A stretch of DNA of 22,185 nt from a virus. Its lineage: Duplodnaviria > Heunggongvirae > Uroviricota > Caudoviricetes. A model generated the notes under the pieces. It did no database searches. It was not told the origin of the DNA and saw only the letters and a program-made list of their open reading frames with translations. The stretch lies in IMG/VR virus record IMGVR_UViG_3300027608_000020, one strand, 5' to 3'. Of this stretch, positions 1 through 8,400 are shown piece by piece. Both the position numbers and the translations under genes were made by a program. Position 1 is the stretch's first letter. Each line of letters begins with the position of its first letter.

Positions 1-1
1 T

Positions 2-1489
2 GAAGAACGCCTAAAGATGGTTATTAGTGCGCTAGAAAAGAAAAAGAAGTGTATCTTGTTTATTGACGAAGCTCATATGATGAGCGGTGCTGGGGCAGTC
101 GGTGGTGGCAGTAACGATATGAGTAATATGCTTAAACCTGTATTGGGTAAAGGAAGTATTAAAGTTATTGCTAGTACCACGTGGGAAGAATTCCGTAAGC
201 ACTTTGAAAAGGATCGTGCCCTAATGCGTCGGTTCCAACGTGTCACGGTGGGCGAGCCCGACGAAGCAACTGCTATTAAGATCCTTATGGGGCTTAAAAA
301 ATATTACGAAAAATACCATGGCGTTAAGATTAACAAGCAGGCAATAGTGGATGCGGTTAAGTATAGCGTTAAGTACATGAGCGACAAGAAATTACCAGAT
401 AAAGCAATCGACCTAATTGATTGTGCCTGTGCCCGCTTCAAGGTTAAAGACGAAGATAATGGTGTAGTAGACCATGATGAAATTGTATTTGAAGTAAGTA
501 AGATTACAGGGTTGCCGTTAGATCAAATTGCATCAAAAGAAAGTCGTAATCTTAAAGACCTAGATAAAAATCTGCGTAGTAAAGTATATGGACAGGAAAA
601 AGCGATCGAAACATTGCTTGATAAAATCTATATTGCACAGGCAGGGTTAAAAGCTCTTAATAAACCAGTAGGTAGTTTCTTGTTTGCAGGACCAACCGGT
701 GTTGGTAAAACAGAAGTTGCTAAACAACTTGCTTTAGGCATGAGTGTAGAACTAGTACGCTTTGATATGAGCGAATTCCAAGAGAAACACTCTATTGCTA
801 AGTTTATTGGTGCTCCTCCGGGCTATATTGGATTTGATGACAATGCAGGTCAATTGATTACTAAACTACAAGAACATCCTAATTGTGTTCTGTTGTTAGA
901 CGAAGTTGAAAAGGCGCACCCCGATGTGTTAACCATTATGCTTCAATTAATGGACAACGGATTTATTACCGGTAGTAATGGTAAGAAAGCAGACGGACGC
1001 AATGCTATTCTTATTATGACCAGTAATTTAGGTGCGGCAGATTCTGAAAAGAATAGCGTAGGTTTTGGTAGTTTAGAACGAGACAGCGATCCTAAGGATG
1101 CTATTAACAAATTCTTTGCTCCTGAATTCCGCAATCGATTGGACGGTATTATCCGCTTTGGTAAGTTAGACCAAACAACAATGATTAAAATTGTTAAGAA
1201 GTTTATTGATGAGCTCAATGTGCTACTCAAAGATAGAAACGTTCATGTTAAACTTAACGCAGACGCTGTTGAGCTGTTAATCAAGAAAGGATTTGACAGT
1301 AAAATGGGTGCTCGTCCACTACAACGTACTATTGATGAGTTTATCAAGAAACCATTGAGTAAAGAAATCCTATTTGGAAAACTAGTTGATGGCGGAGTTG
1401 TTGAATTAACTGTTGATAAAGATACTCTGTGTATTAATTACGTAGAAGTGCTATCAGTTAAAAACACCACCGAAGCAGAAACTGTTTAA
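2..1489 (+). CDS. clpA: ATP-dependent Clp protease ATP-binding subunit, ClpA type (5' truncated by window edge)
   Basis: Frame is open from base 2 (EERLKM...). NBD1 Walker B ILFIDEAH; NBD2 Walker A GPTGVGKT, RFDMSEF, pore loop GAPPGYIGF, Walker B LLLDEVEK, PEFRNRLD, MGARPL. No ClpB-type middle coiled coil between the NBDs. ClpP-docking-like VGF at 1058-1066. Confidence 0.93.
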   Translation, partial: EERLKMVISALEKKKKCILFIDEAHMMSGAGAVGGGSNDMSNMLKPVLGKGSIKVIASTTWEEFRKHFEKDRALMRRFQRVTVGEPDEATAIKILMGLKKYYEKYHGVKINKQAIVDAVKYSVKYMSDKKLPDKAIDLIDCACARFKVKDEDNGVVDHDEIVFEVSKITGLPLDQIASKESRNLKDLDKNLRSKVYGQEKAIETLLDKIYIAQAGLKALNKPVGSFLFAGPTGVGKTEVAKQLALGMSVELVRFDMSEFQEKHSIAKFIGAPPGYIGFDDNAGQLITKLQEHPNCVLLLDEVEKAHPDVLTIMLQLMDNGFITGSNGKKADGRNAILIMTSNLGAADSEKNSVGFGSLERDSDPKDAINKFFAPEFRNRLDGIIRFGKLDQTTMIKIVKKFIDELNVLLKDRNVHVKLNADAVELLIKKGFDSKMGARPLQRTIDEFIKKPLSKEILFGKLVDGGVVELTVDKDTLCINYVEVLSVKNTTEAETV

Positions 1490-1493
1490 CAAG

Positions 1494-1500
1494 ATAAATA
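1494..1500 (+). promoter_or_regulatory. Putative phage late promoter (ATAAATA, T4 TATAAATA-like)
   Basis: ATAAATA in the 15-nt gap after clpA, 4 nt before the ATG at 1505; the same heptamer recurs at 1953-1959 and 9195-9201, also just upstream of genes. Confidence 0.55.
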
Positions 1501-1504
1501 CTCA

Positions 1505-1930
1505 ATGTCCAATTTAAGTCAACAGTTTGTATTTCAAATCAACTCAGGAACAGGCGTTATTAGCAATAGCGTCTCTATTCCTAGTACCGCAGTTTCACCT
1601 ACAGGTGCTACACTATTCTATAGTGATAAACTAAAAGGTGATGGATACTACGGATCATCCGATGGACTACATACTGTTTCTTATACTGTTGCTCCTAATT
1701 TTGCAGGCACCTGTACTATACAGGCCAGCTTAACTGTAGTTCCGGGGACCGGAGATTGGTTTGATGTAGATAGTACACCTATAATGTATGCTCGAGGGGC
1801 CAATGCTGTTGTAACTACCACTACAAATTACGTTAATTTTAACGGCAATTTCATATGGGTCCGAGCAAAAATACACCGAGAAGCGTCTTCGCCACCAGGT
1901 AGTTTGCTGTTTGTCAACTATAATCACTAA
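1505..1930 (+). CDS. Hypothetical beta-rich protein, possibly virion-associated
   Basis: 141-aa ORF, Ser/Thr/Gly/Val-rich, C-terminal F-x-W-V-R-A; follows a late-promoter-like motif. Function not recognised. Confidence 0.75.
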   Translation: MSNLSQQFVFQINSGTGVISNSVSIPSTAVSPTGATLFYSDKLKGDGYYGSSDGLHTVSYTVAPNFAGTCTIQASLTVVPGTGDWFDVDSTPIMYARGANAVVTTTTNYVNFNGNFIWVRAKIHREASSPPGSLLFVNYNH

Positions 1931-1952
1931 ATCTCTGATTGGTTAAAACTGC

Positions 1953-1959
1953 ATAAATA
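1953..1959 (+). promoter_or_regulatory. Putative phage late promoter (ATAAATA)
   Basis: Intergenic ATAAATA upstream of the 1978/2022/2423 gene run. Confidence 0.55.
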
Positions 1960-1977
1960 TTCCATACGGAGTATTTG

Positions 1978-2016
1978 ATGAATATCCATGATTTAGTGTC
2001 TTATAGGGCTCAATAA
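1978..2016 (+). other. 12-codon mini-ORF MNIHDLVSYRAQ (leader peptide or gene remnant)
   Basis: GGAG at 1968-1971, ATG 1978, TAA 2014-2016; N-terminus matches MKIHDLV of the ORF at 10030. Confidence 0.4.
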
Positions 2017-2021
2017 ACATT

Positions 2022-2426
2022 ATGAAACTATACGAATTTTTTAACGTCCCTGTCGACAAAAAAGATAGGAAATTCCCCGATTACGGCAAAAGTAAAACAG
2101 AAGAAGAAAAAGCCAAGATGGCCGATGAGCTATTTTGGTATATTATTGATAATGATGCACTACACAAAGCACATGTTCTACCATTTGTAAAAGAATTAAA
2201 AACACAGATAACTTCACCAGATTTTAACAGAAACAGATTCACTAAATCATGGATGCCTATGGTTAATAAAGGCTGTAGGTTATTTTACAAACATCATAAA
2301 CTAACAGATAATCCAGCAAAGCTATTTGACGAAGATTTTAAAGACGAACTATGCAAAAGACTTTGTGATAAGTTTATAGATGATGTGCAAGAAGATTACT
2401 ATCAGGTCGGAGATCATAAAAAATGA
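2022..2426 (+). CDS. Hypothetical protein with capsid-targeting-like N-terminus (MKLYEFF)
   Basis: 134-aa ORF; ATGA overlap with the next gene; shares the N-terminal motif with neighbours. Confidence 0.8.
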   Translation: MKLYEFFNVPVDKKDRKFPDYGKSKTEEEKAKMADELFWYIIDNDALHKAHVLPFVKELKTQITSPDFNRNRFTKSWMPMVNKGCRLFYKHHKLTDNPAKLFDEDFKDELCKRLCDKFIDDVQEDYYQVGDHKK

Positions 2427-5400
2427 TCTTAAACGAGTTATTCAAACCTAAAAAGACTGTTCCTCTTTTTGAAGGTGGCAACTTAGAATTACCCAATCCT
2501 AACGATCCCACTGCACCTTATCAAGCTGACGAGATCGATCTCAAAGTACAAAACCGTAGTTTTATGGTGGGGTTACTAGATAAATTATTAAACGACATCA
2601 ATGGTGCTTTTTATAGCAAATACAAAAAGCCATTGTGGAATCCTAATTTACTACAATCAAAACAATTCTTAGGTGGCAGTAGTTTACATTTCTTTAATAC
2701 AGATGGTATTAGTGACAAAGAGTTTACTAAACATAAACCTAAAGTTGGCGACATTGATACACAATGTAATAAAGAACTTGAACCAGAGATTAGAGATTTT
2801 TTAACTGCATACGATCATAAACAAATAGGCGATACAACACTATTAGGATTTAGTCAAGGTAGTGAACAACTTAATGCACTATTTCAATTCCAAGATCCTC
2901 CTATTAAAATTCAAATAGATTTTGAATTTGGTCGATATGATACAGAAACAGACATGCCCGATGAGTGGTATCGCTTTAGTCATAGTTCAGAATGGAACGA
3001 CATTCAAGCAGGCATCAAAGGTGTTTTTCACAAATACATATATCGTGCATTAACTTCTGCACATAGTAGTGTTAAACATCAAGTAGATGTAAAGAAAACA
3101 AAAACAAATATTAAACCAAATGTACGTGACAACGATTTATCGTTTGCAGTTGCTAGTGGTCAGGGGGGCGGGCTAAGTCAAAAGTACGAACCTTATATTA
3201 ATACCGATCCAGAGACTGGTGAAAAGCAAACTCACAAGGACGAAGTTCCTTACAAGAGATTAATACCATCTGCTCAGAGAACCTACATACAGAATTTAGA
3301 TAAACAATTCTACTATTTCTTTGGCGCAAATCCCGAAGGCAATGATAAAGAATTACAAAAGAGTTTCTTAGGAACACTCGAGTTAATTAACAAATATATT
3401 CCAGATCCTGCTTCTAAAGAAAGTGTGTTTATGGCTTTCTTAGATCTTTGTTTTGAGCCAGGTAATGCTCAAATGATCACTAAGAATGATCCAGAGCGTG
3501 ATCAAGAAATTAAGTTTGCCGCAATTGATAACTTTGTTAAGGTGGGCAAGCTAGGTAAGTTGAGAAATACTGCCATAGAAATGGGCAAGGCCTACATGGA
3601 TGAGTTCAATGAAGTGCAAGCCTACAAGAAAGAACATCCGGAAGAAAAACAACCACGTGCCGCATTGAAGAGAGCAAAAGCCGCAAGTCAACCCGCAAAT
3701 GAAAACTTTGCTGATACACAAACTTTAGAAGAACGCCGTAATAAAAAACGTAAAGCTCGTCATGCTGCCTATGGTCCTGGCCTGTACGGTGGATATGGAT
3801 ATTACGCTGACTACAGCGGAGACAGTTCAGGTGATGGCGGGGGTGGTGATGGCGGGGGTGAAAGCATTAAGAATGAAGATGCCATGATGGGCAAGATAGC
3901 AGACTCGGGCAAAATTATTCGCATCTTGAAGAAAGCACATACGGTACCATTTAGCGATGAAAAAAACTGGTTGCTGGTAGATATGGATCCTGCCAAAGGC
4001 AACAATGGGCTGGGTATCAAATGGATACCTGCTGACACAAGATTTACTTGGGTAAGGCCTTATAGAGATAATGTGGGGCAAGGTGTGGCGGAAGGAGCAA
4101 CGGTTACACGAATTGATAGTAACCCTATCACGGATTTTGGGTCTAGTCTTAAAGCATACAAGCATACGGATGATTGGAGCCAAAGTGGTGTAGACACAGG
4201 TGACGATAGTTATTGGAAGAATAAAAATCTTAAAACTAATACTACTAAAGGATTGTTTGCTGGTGATCCAAGGAGAACAGCATTATACGCAACTGGCAAC
4301 GCACACGAAACACGCTATGTAGAGTTTACACAAAACGGCCAACCCATTGTTTATTTTGACCGCAAAGATTTGCCAGCAATGCGTAGTCGTAAAACTTACT
4401 TAACTGTGTTTGATGCTAGCGATTTCAGACAATTACCTACAGGTGAATGGTTTAGTGAAAATCCTAGTAAGCCTATCAAGCAGGTGCCCATTGGTGACCC
4501 ATTCAAATACATCGCCGATCAAGGGTGGATAGTTCGTGTTACTGATGATTTAGATAAAGTATTCAAACAAGTAAAGAACATGCACAAAGCAGGTAAAATT
4601 GCTCAATATGGTGCAGAAGGTATGAATGAAAGTAAGCAAGGTGTGGCGGAGAACTTTGCCGATGGAAAGAATCCGCAAGACAAGGGCGACAGCAAACGTC
4701 ACGGAGTTCCAACCAAAGCAAGCATAAGTACATTACGCAATGTTGCCAAACAAGGCGGACGTAAAGGACAGTTAGCACATTGGATGGCTAATATGAAAGC
4801 TGGTAAGGCTAAACACGAAAGTTTAAACGAAGCCGAAGTAAAAGCACAACTGCGTAAAGGCATGCCGCATCTTAAAGATCTTAAGGCCGCTGACTTTTTA
4901 GATTTACTAGATGAGATACACGACGGTAACGGTAATTTCAAATTAGAAAATATGCCGTTAAATGTTAAGGTAGACGGCTTTGGTGGGCGATTTGGTAAGA
5001 ACGCAGATGGTAAACCTTTTATGGGTACCAGCCGGACTGAGCCAAGATATGCACCGGGATTTGTAAAATACCATCAAGAAAAAGGTACACAAGATCCAGA
5101 GATACTAGGTCGTGCTAAACTGTTTGATGACTTGTTTGTAGAAATGATGAACGCTGTTAAATTAGTTGACAGCAAGTTAGGGCCAGACTTTTTAATAGAC
5201 AAACAAGTAAGTTGTGAAGTATTATTTTTACCATTTGCTACAGAAACTGAAGAAGGTAAATTAAAGTTTGTTGGTATTCATTATGACAAACTTCCACAAG
5301 GTGTACAACTTGCACTAGTTCCATTAAACGTAGTAACTGCTAGTACAGGTGAGCCTGTTGAAAATTCTCAGGAAGTTATAAAAGAATTAACAGGCCTCGG

Positions 5401-8400
5401 ACAACAAAGTAGTGTTATGTTTATCGACAACAGTCTAACACAAAACAAAGCATTAGATGTTACCGCAATTGTTCCACCGTTAGAAAATATTGAAGAACTA
5501 AAAAGCATAGTATCAGATACCGCAGGTAAAAGAGATCGTACTAGCTTAGAACTTAGAAAAAATGTTGAAGCACAATTACAACCAGTTAAACTTGCATTAG
5601 AAAAAGCCATTGCAGAAGATCCTAACATTGTCGGTAAAGATATGTTAGGCAAAGACTACGAAGGTATTGTACTAAACACAAGATTAGGTCCTGTAAAAAT
5701 TACCAGTACAGAACAACGTGCAGTCATTGCCGGTAAGCAGGCCGCCAAAACATCAGCAAGAACAGAACGTCCGAGAGGCGAATCTAAGACTGCTGTAGTA
5801 GCAATAGGATCCTTTATTGGGCATAAAGGACACGAAGAACTGTTTAACTATACAATTAATAAGGCCAGCGAACTAGGCGGTGATCCTTATTTGTTTATTG
5901 GCAATGCTGAAGGCAAAGATGATCCTATTCCGCCAGCAGTCAAGGTACAAACATGGCACAAATTATATCCCGAGTATGCTAAAAATATTAGCACAGTACA
6001 ACAAGGTGGACAATTAATACAAAAGATCAAACATGAATTAATTAATCCATTGCCAAATAAGCCTCCACGTTATGATAATATTGTTATCATGGTAGGCGAA
6101 GATCGGAAAGATCTTAATATGCCCCAAGCATTAATGAAGGCTGTTAATAAGTTTCAAGGGTACGAGCATGTTAAGGTAAGCCTCGGTGTTACACCTCGAG
6201 GAACTGGAATTAGCGGAACAATGTTACGCAACAGTTTAAAAAGTGATCCGCCAGAGAAAGCATTGGCTGTATGGTCAAATGCGTTCGATGTTAAAAAATT
6301 AGGCGAGGATTGGATCAACCATTTAATGGATATAACAAGGAAAGGTATGGGAATACAACAACAAACTCAACAACAACCTGCTCCTGTAGCTGAAAGATTG
6401 TTCAATGCATTGATGGCACCTAAAGTTAATGAATCAACTAGCTTAGAATCAACAATTAAAAATATTGTCACTAATGGTGAATCAATTGCACAATTATATG
6501 AAAAATTAAAAGCAATGGCCAAGCGTTGGGTTGATAACAATGGTAGTCTAAAAGGGTATCATCGCAACGCCGCGGGTCAAAGCGCACAGTGGTTTAACAA
6601 TTTCTATTGGAATAAAATGCAGGGAGATCTATATGATCTAACCAAACAGGCTTCAAAATATGCGCCTCCGTTATTGGCCTTCTTAAAAGATGCTAGTGAA
6701 GATAGAGAAAGACATATTAACTTTAGAGAAATTAGTTCAAGCCTACCGTCTATACTACAACAAATTGGTACAAGGATGGGAAATAAAGAACTATCATCAT
6801 TTGGTGCCAACTGGAATAAACGTCAGCAAGATTACGAAAACTATCTAGCACAAATTGAAGCAGAAGTTGATACAGATGACGATGATGGATATGAAGAACC
6901 TAAAGCACCAAAAGACAATACTTTTGGTAAACAAAATGTTCAAGCAGATCAAATTGTAAACGATATTCTAAAAAATCTCCCTAGCAAAGTAGCAGGAGAT
7001 ATTCGTAATGCTATTGCACGTAGTCCCAATAAATTACAAGCATTGCAAGCAGAATTACAAAAGCGCGGAGTTAAAGCACCAATGGCAGAAAGTTTAATTG
7101 AATCTGCTCGAATGAGTGCGGCAGTTAAACTACAACGTGCTTGGGAACGTGAGCAAGCTAAGAGCACTGCAAGTCGCAAGCGTGGCGAAGAGTATATGAA
7201 TCAGATCAAGCAAGATGTTGCTAATAAAAATAAAAAACCAGACGAGACAAAAGATGAAAGTATCATGGGATTTTTAGCAACACCTAAACACTCTATTGAA
7301 AAGAAATCTACTACAAGTTCGGCAGACATGCGTAAGTATTTTGAAAAAGACAAACCTAGCAAGCCTGAAAAAACGGAGAGGGGCGACGGTGGAGAAAAGA
7401 TACAACGAGTATATACAAGATCTGATGAAGACCAAGAAACTCCTCAACAACAACAGGTCCGTGCCGCAATTACTAAAGGTTTAGAAGTACACAAACAAAA
7501 AGGTGATGCCGAATATAAAACTCGGTTAGATCGATCCAATAAAGTTGGTACAGTACCTGGGCATTATTTTGATCCTAGAGGATATGCCAGTGATAAACTT
7601 TCCGGGATAGATTCCATTGATCCTAATGGTACTGTGGTTATATCTCTCCAGGATACTAGTGCCGAAGGCTGGATTAAAAAATTAGCAACATTAGGCGGTA
7701 TGCCTGGTGTTAAGACTAGACAAATTCAACCGGGTCAGGGTGTAGCGGAAGACAACTTAAATGAATTAGATATGTTTGCTCCTCGTACTGTTTATTTTAA
7801 GATGGGTGACGGTAATTATATTAAAGCAGATTATCGAGGAAGTGAAACTATTTTTGGCGGCGGACACAAAGCAAATGACCAGGTGAACTTTACATCAATG
7901 TCATGGGTTTCTACCAATACCGCTAGATCATTAGGACTTGATAAAACATTAGCAAAAGGATCTGATCCTAATGACACAAGAAGTCGAAATGCACAAAGTA
8001 TTGTATCTCCTCAGTATGTAGGGCAAGCCGGCCCTTGGGGTAATAGAAGTGTAGACGTAGTAGATTTTGTAAACAGCAAAGAAGAGACAGTTCCGTCAGA
8101 ACTAAAAACACAAGTGGCGCAGTGGGTAGAAAAAAATCGCCCCAAGAAAGGTGTGGCGGAAGGCAATCTAAAAGAATTTGCACCAGGTCCTGGAGGCGGA
8201 GAATCAGGACGCTGGTACACAGACGATCAACTAACTGATATTGTCGGTGATGGATGGTACAACGATTTAGATGTAAGCGGTGATATTCCCAAACAACAAA
8301 TGATCCAACAAGCACAGGCCTGGTTAGATGATCAAGGCTATAATGTTCAAGTATTAAACTGTAAAGTAAATGATGACGACATGGAATGGTATATTGAAGG

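Noticed and set aside
3830-3859. G-rich tandem repeat as a G-quadruplex or phase-variation tract
   Set aside because: Only two G5 runs, explained by a GDGGG linker; a 15-nt unit change would keep the frame.
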